Origin: Diadema antillarum
Lineage: Eukaryota
Assembly: GCF_040938485.1 (NCBI RefSeq)
Contig: NW_027271471.1
Coordinates: 310,001-374,000 of the forward strand
Reading direction: 5' to 3'
DNA length: 64,000 bases
In this document: in pieces, positions 37,097 through 49,000 of the stretch
Position numbering within the stretch: the stretch's first letter is position 1
How the letters are laid out: each line of letters starts with the position of its first letter
Notes under the pieces: model-generated
Database searches by the model: none
Seen by the model: only the letters and a program-made list of their open reading frames with translations
Told to the model about the DNA's origin: nothing
Position numbers and translations under genes: made by a program

Positions 37097-37289
37097 CAGG
37101 GGCGGATCCAGGGAGGACCGCAACCGGCGCACGCCCCCCCCCCCCCCCCTTTATTTTTTGTTGAAACGAAATAAATATAAAGAAAAAAATGGGGGGAGGG
37201 GTGCGTGCGCCCCCTCCCCTTTAATTTTGTAAACGCCCCCCCCCCCCCCCCCCCCCCCCCTCTTTACGGAATTCCTGGATCCGCCGCTG
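37097..37289. mobile_element. Short CAG-terminated MITE with 5-bp TSD CATCA
   Basis: TIRs CAGGGGCGGATCCAGG / CCTGGATCCGCCGCTG; CATCA at 37092-37096 and 37290-37294. Confidence 0.7.
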
Positions 37290-37715
37290 CATCAGTGAAA
37301 GTTTGAGAGAAATAAAAAATTGGATAATTCGTTCAAAAGTTATGAATATTGAAAGTTTTAGTGCCGGTTGGTTATGTTGATTGAATTCGAACGTTCAAAG
37401 TGCGCGAAGTTGTGTTACTATAAATGAAATTGAAATTGGTAGGTTGGCACGAATTTTTATTTCTGCACTTTCGGAAATTTTCGAGGAGGGGTATCACACA
37501 CCAGGGAAGATGGGAACAACTGACATTGGGAAGAGTGCACACACGACAGCACCACGTAATAACGTAGCGAGCGTCCTTACTACCACCAGTGATAGTCCCG
37601 TGTGTATAATCTTTTGGGTGGAGACTTTGCTGCGCGTTGTGGCAGGCGTATCGTGTCAACATATGCACCCGTTCCTTGTCAAGTTCGATTCGCATCTCTC
37701 TCCGTGCGCCTACAG

Positions 37716-37831
37716 TATATATAAGCACAGTGTAGGTGCAGTGTGTGGTGATGGTAGCAGTCCTGATTACAAAAATTCAAGCCTCTTCGGGACATTCAAA
37801 TTGATGACGAATCAGTGACTGGTGCATCCTG
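37716..37831 (+). promoter_or_regulatory. Candidate TATA promoter and non-coding first exon of the tetraspanin gene
   Basis: TATATATAAG at 37716-37725 in a CpG-richer stretch and a consensus donor CTG|GTGAGT at 37832. Exon 40620-40761 has an acceptor upstream of its ATG, so an earlier exon is required. The assignment is inference. Confidence 0.35.
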
Positions 37832-38569
37832 GTGAGTAATTTGTGAATATTGGTATCTCAGGACATGTATGGCTCAGAATAAACGAAAACATATTGCTTA
37901 CATGCTATTTGATAGTCACGATACGCGATACCAAGTAGGCTACATCTGTAAGTGCACTGAATTATGTTTGTTACGATGGTTGTTTCCGATACGCGATACC
38001 AAGTAGGCTACATCTGTAAGTGCACTGAATTATGTTTGTTACCGCCGGCGCACTACTTTTACAGCGCTGCTTTTACACGTACATGTACGTTACAGCTCCT
38101 GCTTGATACTCGTATAATCTTACTTTACTTACTTTACTTTACTTTTCCGGAACGATGGTGTAGGACAGAGCCTGGTCATCGATCAGGTAGAGTTAGAATC
38201 TATCTCTTGATGCTCTCCTTCCAATCAAGCTTTACACACACAACCGACTGTATTCTACGTGTACTTCCGGTTTTCTCGACTTGAATTACAGCTTTAATAT
38301 GATTTGAAATTTCTCCATTCTTAAGAAATTGCTGTTACTACAACTATTGGTTGTTGCTGCGAAGTTGCCATGTGTTGTTCGCACGACAATAAATGAAAAA
38401 AATCTGCAGAAATAGGACCCTTACTGGCATGCGAGACGTGACGTGGCAGGGTGGGTGAAGTTTGCGGGTGACTCCACAGCGCAGTACGTGCACGCGCGAC
38501 TTACTAGTAGTGGTAGTAGCACTAGGTAGTAGGCCTAGTACAGTGCAGTGCCTACGTACATTGTGTACC

Positions 38570-38705
38570 TACTTACTTGGAAGAAATTGCTTTGGAGACA
38601 GGATAAGTTCGAAATCACTGTTCGTTCCCGATTGTGTTCGCGACATTTCGACAGAGAACAAATAAAGAAAAGAGATGGGCATTCCATGACGATACTGTAT
38701 ATCCA
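38570..38705 (+). pseudogene. THAP zinc-finger domain remnant (probably transposon-derived)
   Basis: TWKKLLWRQDKFEITVRSRLCSRHFDREQ fits the THAP W...CS.HF core; the N-terminal C2 part is absent or decayed. Confidence 0.5.
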
Positions 38706-39539
38706 GGTGGGTGAATATTTTCCAGCATATAATTGTCCAGCGCTGTTACCCTTCTAATACAATTAACAGCAGCTCAACTTCTATTGCGTATTTGTGTTAT
38801 TACCAAAAATGGCCTATGGCAGGAGTTGACAGCTACTGGAGACCAAGAGCATGTATTATGTACCAATACACATACATGTAATGACTATAATCAGTCATAA
38901 TCAAACACAACACCTTTCCAGTGCTTGTCTAGCCTATTCTTAAAGGCATTTATGGAACAAGCAGAGACCACTTCTTCTGGGAGAGAGTTCCACATACCAA
39001 CAACTATAATCTTCTACCTGCCTGCTGGCCTGCGCGGTTCGCTCAGCTCCTGACCAAGCAACGACAAGAAGGTCGCTTTATTGTTTTGGTTTGCGAGACA
39101 ATTAGAAACAATGTATCATTACATGGAATATTAAAGTTGGGAAATCCAAATTTACCCATCAAAGACTATAGTACAGTCCTTGCAAATCATGCACTTTTTA
39201 TAGGCAGAGGGGGGGGGGGGGGGGGGGCACCCCCCCCCCCCACACTTTTGAAAATGTGTTTGGTAGTTCTAACTTTCCTTGAGTTTTACGATTATATTTT
39301 TACATGTTTCAGCTTCTGTACAATAATGTAGGTAAAATGTCTCAGACATATTAAAAACAAGGGGAAAGGTGGTAAAACTACAATATTTGGACAAATATTA
39401 ACACTAAGGTAACAGTTACTGTTAATTGTCAACTTTTGCATTTCCACTTCTTATCTATTTTCACTAATGGTGGTACATGTATTTTTCACCATGCCGGCAC
39501 TTTAACCATGGTCGCATGGAGGTACATTTGTAGAGTTCT

Positions 39540-39972
39540 ACCTGCATGGTCCCGGTGTTTTAGCCAAATGCGTACACGGGCGCATGGCGCAAGTTTCCTA
39601 TAGAGACCTATGCTATCGACTCCTCTTTGGCGCTTACGCTGTGGCCCACTTCCCGGAGTCCGAAGAAGTCCGATCCACTGTAGTCAGTGGTCCGATCGCA
39701 GTTCGGCTCATGATTCGGCTGAGGGAGATGACAGCTTTACAGGCCTGTAGCAAACTTCTTTTGTGATGTCATAATAGGAAGCACATGCAGGCACCCTGGT
39801 ATTGCTACAGACTGCGTGATGCACAGAGAAGACAACGAAGGCAACGTTACATGGCAACACCTACGCGCTTAACTCCTGATTACTGCTAAATTTCGGCAAT
39901 CTTTGTATCAATACTAACGGTGATCGGCAGTATCATCAACAGCGCCCTCTACACTACCGGGACTATGCACCT
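39540..39972. mobile_element. Kolobok-like MITE, left end eroded
   Basis: Right end ACCGGGACTATGCACCT|TTAA; partial left TIR TGCATGGTCCCGGT at 39543. Confidence 0.45.
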
Positions 39973-40095
39973 TTAACCTACAAATGTACATACACGCCTG
40001 TATGATGTGTGTACAGAGTACATACATTGTATACTACAAATACATGTAGTAGCCTACAGGGCTTGACACACACATTTTTTCCAGTAGCCTGTTGG

Positions 40096-40241
40096 NNNNN
40101 NNNNNNNNNNNNNNNNNNNNNNNNNNNNNNNNNNNNNNNNNNNNNNNNNNNNNNNNNNNNNNNNNNNNNNNNNNNNNNNNNNNNNNNNNNNNNNNNNNNN
40201 NNNNNNNNNNNNNNNNNNNNNNNNNNNNNNNNNNNNNNNNN
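40096..40241. other. Assembly gap (146 N)
   Basis: Run of N. Confidence 0.99.
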
Positions 40242-40677
40242 ATTTTGGTTGCCCAAACAAGAAATGTACAGTATGACTGAAGAGTCATGACAATTTTTAC
40301 ACTTTTTTATTCGTAGTTGCCTGAATGTAGGCCTACCACCAATAGAAAAAACTTTCAGTGGAAATTTGGTGGCCTGCTTGACATTCTTTGTTTTGCCACA
40401 TCAGATTACCAGACCACAGCTACGTCTGTACATGTAATGTAGAGTCCTGTAGTATAATCAAACTGACATCGCACATTTGATGGGCAGTAGTGATGATAAA
40501 TGTTGTGTTGACAAATGATTATTATTGTACACCGTATCAACAACAGTGATGCAAATGATACCATGATTCTGCTCTTATCGATATTAACAACTGTATGTAT
40601 GCTCATTTTCTGTTTTCAGATTGTCTGTGCCCTTTTGACCTCTGAAGTGCCATTGACACCTCCTATTACCTCCAGCG

Positions 40678-40761
40678 ATGGGGTCTAATTATGACAAGGA
40701 GCCGTGCTGCGGCATTTCGCTGCTAAAATATGTTCTCTTCATCTTCAATTTCTTTCTCTTG
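40678..40761 (+). CDS. CD151: Tetraspanin coding exon 1 (MGSNYDKEPCCGISLLKYVLFIFNFFLL); exon starts at 40620
   Basis: Acceptor ttttcag|A at 40620, donor TTG|gtgagt. Confidence 0.9.
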
Positions 40762-43700
40762 GTGAGTATTCTTTGTCTGTTAAAGTTATCAATTAAAATC
40801 TCAATTCCTATGATACTGATTTTGGTATTTTTCACATGAAATATGAAGATTTTTACCTGCTGAGGACGAGGTGACTTTGCTGTAACCAGCACTTGGCGGG
40901 TTGAGATGGGGGCACAAGGGATGTGCATCCTCTCTTTTTTGTGAATCACACATCAAACTTTACATTTATACTACAAAATCTAAGAAATTGTCATATCCGT
41001 CCCCGTATTTTCAAATTTGCTTTTTGCGTCCCCTTTTATTTTAAATCCTTGATCTGCCATTGCGATTTCCCATAGACACATCTGCTGAGAGGATACTTGG
41101 GACTTGTCTTTAATGGGTTTACAATAAGTCAGAGAAGAAAACAAGTTGTGTTTCCTCCAAAAAGTTGCAAGGGGAATAGGCTGGCAGCCTGCTGATACAA
41201 TCACAATTGACTGTTTATAGTGTCCTCATACACTGTAATGGTAGCCAAGTTTGCTTTCTGGTTCCTGCATTCATGGTGGATTTGCTGGACTTTGTTAAAT
41301 CTTCGCTACTGATTTAAAGGTTGAATCTGTACCATGTACATGTACAATGTATGTGTACAACATTGTAATATTAAAGGTGAAAGTGTAAATACAGAATTGG
41401 AAATTTGTGAGACAATTTCGAGAGTGATAGAATGCGGTCAAAAACCTAAAGCTCAATGGATGAGGAAAGCATTATTGGGATCCCAGTTCAAAAGAAAAAA
41501 GCCAAACAATTTTCTGTTCTCACCTTGCATTCTCACAGATATGCAGCTGAAATCTGAACCTTCATACTGCATCACTTTTTTTCGTTCGAGTCAGTAAAGC
41601 CCTCTTTGTATTTAATATGAAATATCATTTTCATTTCCTACAGTGTGCATACAGGTACACTATTTAGGCCTACTGAAATACACAAAATTGCATTTTGTAC
41701 AAACTGTTTGTATCGCTGAAGTTATACAATGTACAATGTATTGTATACAATTCATGATTCAGAGAGCCACTGCAAATTTTACATACTTGAACATAATACA
41801 TTTATTGGATAGTACATTTTACCTGGGTAGTTTGTACGTACTGTAATGTACAATACATCTCATACACAGATATTAATGCATGTGAGAAGGAAAGGTTTCA
41901 GTTTCATAGTGTGCTGCATGTGAAGTGATTTTGTTCAGTGGCGACGAGGAAACTGGCATGATTCTTTTTTTTTTTTTATTGTGGCAGTCAGTATCACTTT
42001 GTATCTCCAGTCTCAATTTTAGTCATGTACAACCAGGTAAGCATACATGTTGGTGCATTATAGAATTCAAAGCTACAAAGCTGTACATGTACAGTAGTTA
42101 AATTAATGATTGTGGAGTACAGGAAATAACAGAAATTTGCATTATTCACTCATTTTCAGGAAGCATTTATTAACGATCCTGGACTGAAAACAAATTGCTA
42201 CAAACAAATGGAAAATCTTCTATTCCTGAAATAGTGCCAAGATCATTTGAATTGGGTGCATGCATTCACCGCACAATAGTGCCTGTACTGGTATTAGTGG
42301 TACATGTACATGTACACACATGCACTTGATTCATGTACACAAACAATACAGTTGTACTTGTAATGCGCATTCATGTTTGTGCACTTGTCTAAGCTGCACA
42401 AATGATTTGTACATTTGAAACTCATTTGAGATCAGAGCTCATATTTGCGACTTGTTTGATGATAAATTTATGAATACAATATTTCTTGCTCGTAACTCGC
42501 GAAATTTGGGGAAATAAAAACAAGACAAAAACAAACAAACACTAAATATTGGGTTTACATGGGATATAAAACTCTGTACAGTTTGTACACTATCCCACCA
42601 CAAAGTGGACATACAGTGTAGTACACATTTTGCAGGGCTGCACACTGACACATTTTTTCTACTGGTCCAACCAGTCTCTTGGACCATTACAGTACTGTAG
42701 GTACCAGGGTTTTTCCATTTTTTCTGGTCTATTCCTGAAAAAGTTACTGGTCCAACAGAGATTTTTACTGGTCAGGGACTGTTGTTGTACCACTGCCAGT
42801 GTGCAGCAATGCATTCTAGACTACGGTAATACAATTGTACCTTTACACAATCAGCTGTACGTGTACCATGATGTACTTACCGTTCAGATGCTGGGGTTTG
42901 TGTTGGTAGTGAAAGGTCATCTTATAGTGACCTTTTGTGTTTGTGTGTTGCTTGTCAGTGAGTCACTACCTTGGGATTTCAAACAAGCTACTGTGATGGG
43001 GTGTGATGAGTATCAATGAAGAGTCTAGGGTCATTACCCAGCAAGATTTCAGTCCCCCACACATGGCAGTGTATGCATATTTTAATGCTGTGTGATACAT
43101 GTACAACAATTCTGTTGTATACAATGTTCCTGTGATGTATTTTTGCAGACATTGTACAATTTGTACTGTACACATACAATGTGTACATATGTGTAATGTT
43201 AGCAAGTGCTCAAAAATATACACTGTACTGTACTGTAGGTGTGCCTACAGAAACAGTGAACTTTATGACTGGGCGTACAGCTGTATACACATGCACCAAC
43301 AATGTACACTTGTACAAAATATACAGTACATTGTATGTGTGTATGTACTGGAGTCATATGTTGCTGAGAAAGTGTGTAATGAACAACACATACATTTGTA
43401 TAATGCCAATAGGCCTATCTTTCTGCCAAATGCTGGTATACTATCAACAAAACAATGTACATCCTATACAGTGTACATGTATGCACAGCACAGCGGCATA
43501 ATTTACTGTGCACCATATTTTTGTATTTTGTGTCTTATACAATGTCAGTACATTGTGCAGTGTCATACTACAAGGTGTGCACATGTATAAGATGCATATT
43601 TTTTTTTTTTTTACAAATTATTTCATTATTTTTTAAAATGTTTGTTTTATGTACGTTGTACCAGTATTCATTTATTTATTTTTTGTTCTTCCGCATTTGA

Positions 43701-45988
43701 GACAAAAGACACCAAACAATAGTGACACAGTTGTAATGTCAAATACAACTTTGTACAAAGTTGTACATTGTACATTGTATTTTAACAGCTGTACATGGCA
43801 TACTATACAGTGTATCACATACAAAGTTACTGTATGTGCTTTGTACAGTATCGTCTACAGAAGTGATACATTGTACGTATGTAAATCACTTGTTCTGCAG
43901 TACTGATGTATAGCCTCTGCACGATACAGATGGTACACTGTACATGACCAAGAGATGGACTCTGTGCATACAGTCCCGTGAGCACAGTACGGCTTTGTAC
44001 ATGTACGTGTATGATGAAACCGCATACTGTATGAACAGTCAGAGGGTGTGCAATATCTAATTTTTTTTTTTCTCAATTAAAAAGCTGCTGAGCTGTACAT
44101 GTACACATACATGTAGGCCCTATGTATAATGCATACTGTGGTTAGAACAGTTTAGAGCAAACAGTCCATGTCAATACATAGCAAACATCCGCAAAAATTC
44201 AGTTTGTTGGATCTCTGTGTACTTTGGCAGTCATGCATACACTGTGTAGATCTACATTGTACACTGTACTTGTGTAGCATGAATGTGGGGCTTTGCATTT
44301 ATTTTGTACATTTTCATTGCATTAGAATGGTTTTCAATTACATAATGTACAGTAGTTTGCAGGAATGTGTGGAATGAATTGAAAGCAAAAGAGCTGAACA
44401 CATAAACTTGAAGTTATCTTCCATCTGAAGGGGAATTTACCCCAAATGTATCTTAGGATTGAGTGACTGCAGTGTTAATAGTCACTCAGTGTTTGAGGAA
44501 AATCAGAGTCAGACATTCCCTTCAAAAGTGATCTCTAAGAGAGGGAAAATCTTAAGTGCTGCCATTGCTAGATACACTTCTAATAGACTACATACGAACT
44601 GTACAGTATGTTACGTGTACAAAATGTATGTTTGTAATGTCAAGTGCTATAGAAATTATGGCATTTTAAATGTAGATGCCAATGATGACATTTTTTTAAA
44701 GGCTGGTTAGTGTCACTAATTGTTGAAAGTGTGCATTTTCATTATTCTGAGTTTTTTATTTACATGTATCTTAATTTTATGATTATTGAAAGTATATTTT
44801 TTGTTTATGATTATTCCATTTCTTTATTTAAAAGACAGTTCTGAAATTTTAAAGCTTTCAGTATTTTTGTTCCTCTTTTTTTTGGGCAAACTTTCTCTTT
44901 TTTTATTTTCAATTCTTTGTATCAAAATTAAGTGGATTGTGAACTAGAGCATCCTTCCAAAATCATAACACATGGATGAGTACCGGTATTGCTATCTCAT
45001 GTACAGTACATTCCATAAACACCAGTTGTATATGTACAAGATTGTAATGTCACAATAGGGTCAAAACCTGCAGTGGACCCAACATGCAGCTTGTCTGGCA
45101 GAGCTGTCTCCACCCCATCCCACCCCTCACACCCCACCCCTCACACGCCACCCCTCACCCAACCTCAGCCCACCCTGCATCCCAACCCCATCCTTCACCC
45201 CAACCCCGCCCCACCCTGCACCCCAATCCCATCCCTCATCCCAACCCTCACCCCTCATCCCAACCCTCATCCCAACCCCATCCTCATCCCAAACCCACCC
45301 CTCACCTCACCCCAACCCCACCCCTCAACTCAACCCCACCCCATCCCTCACCCCATCCCAATCCCTTACCCCATCCCACCCCTCACCCCATTCCCACCCC
45401 TCATCCCTTCCCCACCCCTCACCCCATTCCCACCCCTCATCCCTTCTCTACCCCTCTCCCCTCACCCCAACCCTCACCCCCATCCCACCCCTTCCTCAAC
45501 CCCACCCCTTACCCTCAATCCCACCCCTTACCCCAACCCCACCCCTTATCCCAACCCCACGCTTACCCCAACCCTACCCCTTACCCTAACCCCACCCTTA
45601 CCCCAACCCCACTCCCAGAATATATCAACACCACCACCACTACTTCCAGCCACAGCTCTTTACAGGATGAAAATTGTGATGGTCATCCAGCTGTTCTATA
45701 CACGTATTCAAAAGCAGGAATGGCATCATAATCTCGTGGTATCCCTGCCAGCGAGATGCATCCCTGGTGATGTTGTGTCTTCTCTTCGGTCCGTTCCTGT
45801 CGTCCACCGCATACCGCGGATAGTTTATTGCCCAAATCAGGTGTCTATATCGGTCTCGTTATTGCCGCCCTTGAGATAACCAGTGCAGGGTTGGATGCTT
45901 GGAGTGGGAGGTATACATACAGTACAGTACTTAAATACATTCTGGTATTCAATGTACTTGCTACCCTCTCTCTTACTCTCTCCCCCTC

Positions 45989-46031
<43 letters not shown>

Positions 46032-49000
46032 CTCTCCCTCTGTCTCTGGTAAACATACAGAGGTACACCCTGTAAACATACATTTAAAGGGATGGTTGCA
46101 TAGTTTTCAGATTTTAACTTTTTATGAGATCATTAGAAACCATGTAAGAAATAGTAAAGAGCATACAACTCTCAAAGAGGAACTCAAAGTTGATTTGATG
46201 AATATCGGTTTTGAAATGGCAGAGATATCTAAAACAAAGTGGTCCTAATAAAAGGTGGAACCCACTTTTCAGGCCATAATAGGCAGGCATTGCCATAGCC
46301 ATCATGTCCCAAAATGGGCTGTGTGTATTCCAAATGTGCAGGCTTTCAGGAGCTTTCGGTACATTGTACATGTAGTTCCAACTACAGCGCTCAGTTTTTT
46401 AGTTCACAGTGTGAATGGAAATCTCAAGTACTGTAAAAAAATTGGATATTTTCGTGCGACTAATTTTTCGTGCTTGGCCGGGGAAGAAAAGTTTCGCGTG
46501 TTTTTAATTATGCGGAATCAAGACATCAAACTGTACTGGAACATACAATGTATGGCAAGGAAAAATATTTGCGTACTTTCATATTTGCGCTAGTTTCTGG
46601 TTGCGCAAAATGCACGAAAATTTCCACTTTTACAGTATCCCATCTTTAATGACACAATGTGTTTGTAGTGTGAATGAGTTTTTAGATTGGAGCAACACTC
46701 TTTTAAAAAACACTTGTGGGGCCCCATTTTAATAAGGATGGCAAGTCTTGCTAAAATAGCAACTTCCCTTTGAATGGCTACAGCCATTCAGGACGCTGGA
46801 GTTTTGTAGCTACCATGACATTTGCCATTATTCCTGCACAAGTTGCCGTCCTAACATCTCATTATGAAATGGAGCCCTGGACCCAAGACTGGCCAAACAT
46901 ACTGTAATGGGAGAATTATAGATTGCAAAACAGGTTTGATCCAAGTTTACTTTCAGAATTTATAAACCATTGTAGAATACAAAAATAACTTGACTGGAAA
47001 ATTAATTGCATTTTTTGAGTAAGCATATGACAGAGCTGTTTTGTGTAAGCCTACTTGTAAATCTGAAATTCTTGTAGACACCAAACATCTACTATAGCTA
47101 GTCCTTTGTTTACCTTTGCCCCAATAAAAAAGAAACAAAACAAATTGACTAGTACAAAAACAGCATATCAGAAAGTGTGCTTGTGAAAGCCATTCACTTT
47201 TTACTTTGAGACTTGAGGCAAGACTAGACCCAAACGAAGCAGGGAACCCGCAGATCGCAGATCGGCTTAGAAGGAGAAATATGATGCCATTCCAAGGCGT
47301 TACTTATCTGAGATAAACTATGCCATAACTCAGCAATCCCCACCCTCTGGTGGCGAACAGTACAAGGCAGTTATAGCACAGTTGTGCTACAATTCAGAAT
47401 ACGTATCGTAGATGCATGATGTACAGTCTATTCCTGTACTCACAAACTACATGTACGCTGTAAGATACAGTTTGTTTTGTATGGTATCAGAGCTACCAAG
47501 TCTCACGCATTCTGCGTGAGACTCAAGCATTTAGGGGCCGTCTCACGATCTCACGCATGGCACCCATTTTTCTCAAGCATCGGGCGAAGTCTGCAACTTG
47601 GGCCTATAATAAGGAGCATATCTCAAAGGATTAGAGTAATAGTTGCAATTGAAGGTTTATTTTCCTTTTGTCTTTCAAAATAAGTAAAAAAATAGTCACT
47701 TAAGTATGCACCTGATCGCACCATTAAGAGCTAAGAATTGAAGAAGCTCCCTACCGTGGGAGGCCACAGGGGGAAAAACCCCTCCCACACCCTCGCTCGC
47801 GCGCACATTCGCTCGCCGAAATGCCGAGTCATGAAAATCTCACTCATAAATTTTTTTTGAACTTGGCATCCCTGTGGTATGTCTGTGTATACAGTGTACA
47901 CAATGTATGATAAAAGGGTTATGGAGCTGTAGTTTTCCCAATTTGAACTGCATGAAATAGGGCATACATTGTACATAGCCAGTGTGTCCTGGAAGTTGAA
48001 TTTCTGTTAAACATCATCTTACAGCGACAATGTTGAAATGTGTGATAGCACAAGAAATGTGGCAACTCAACTATAAAATGACATTGACATCAGAGGCAAT
48101 AAATTTAATAGACTTTCAGTATTGGAATACTTTGGTATTAGAAATTTGTGACATGACTGCCAAAGTTGGTCACAAACCTCTTTCAGATCCCCAAGGTGCA
48201 GTGATACAAGTACAGTGTACATTGTAAACTGACCCTTTAAATTTGGTTCTTGGGGATGTATTTTATCTATTAAACAAACAGTACAATACATAAGGAAACT
48301 TGTATGTGTATTTGACTTTCTTGCATGTCTTTAACTATTGAGTTAAAAAATATTGCATGATAGACTGAGACATTAGAAAGTACTTTCTTATTCATAATGA
48401 TAACATTATTATTATCATTATCATTATTATTATCATTATTTTGGCGATTGTCATTTGATGGGCAGTCTCCAGTTGGGTACATAATTTTGTAATTAAGTAC
48501 AAATCTTGTTAAGGTGTGTTTTAAATGTTGATGGTCATTTTATAATTGTGTACATATATGAGTAGGCCTATACAGTAAACCCTTTGTGTGCTTCAAGTAC
48601 AAGTACTGATTGGCACGGAAAATGCCATTGGTCAATTCCATTGTGACTTATGGGACAAAGTGACAATTTTTGGCAATTTCAAACCAGTATTTTGAGAAAA
48701 TAGTTGCATCAAATGCATTTTTCTCAGTTCATGGTTAGATCCATCATATCACAGTTTATGAAAACACCATACTTAGTTTGAAAAGTATCATTGCATTACG
48801 TACAGCAACGAAAAATTGCTGTCGTGACTTATGGGACATCTGAGGACCACCGTTTTTCACGTGGGAAAGTAAGTTCTGAAATATTCTTACACACAGAGAC
48901 TCTGGAAAGATATTTTCTTTCCTGAATGTAGCAAAGGGTTGGTGCTTACCCTGAGCCAAGTGGTATGAATATCTACTCATTGGTACAGTAGCAGGATAGG

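Noticed and set aside
45073-45879. 268-aa and 215-aa Pro/His-rich ORFs
   Set aside because: Low-complexity C-rich repeat within an intron, non-ATG start for the longer one, and no splice support.
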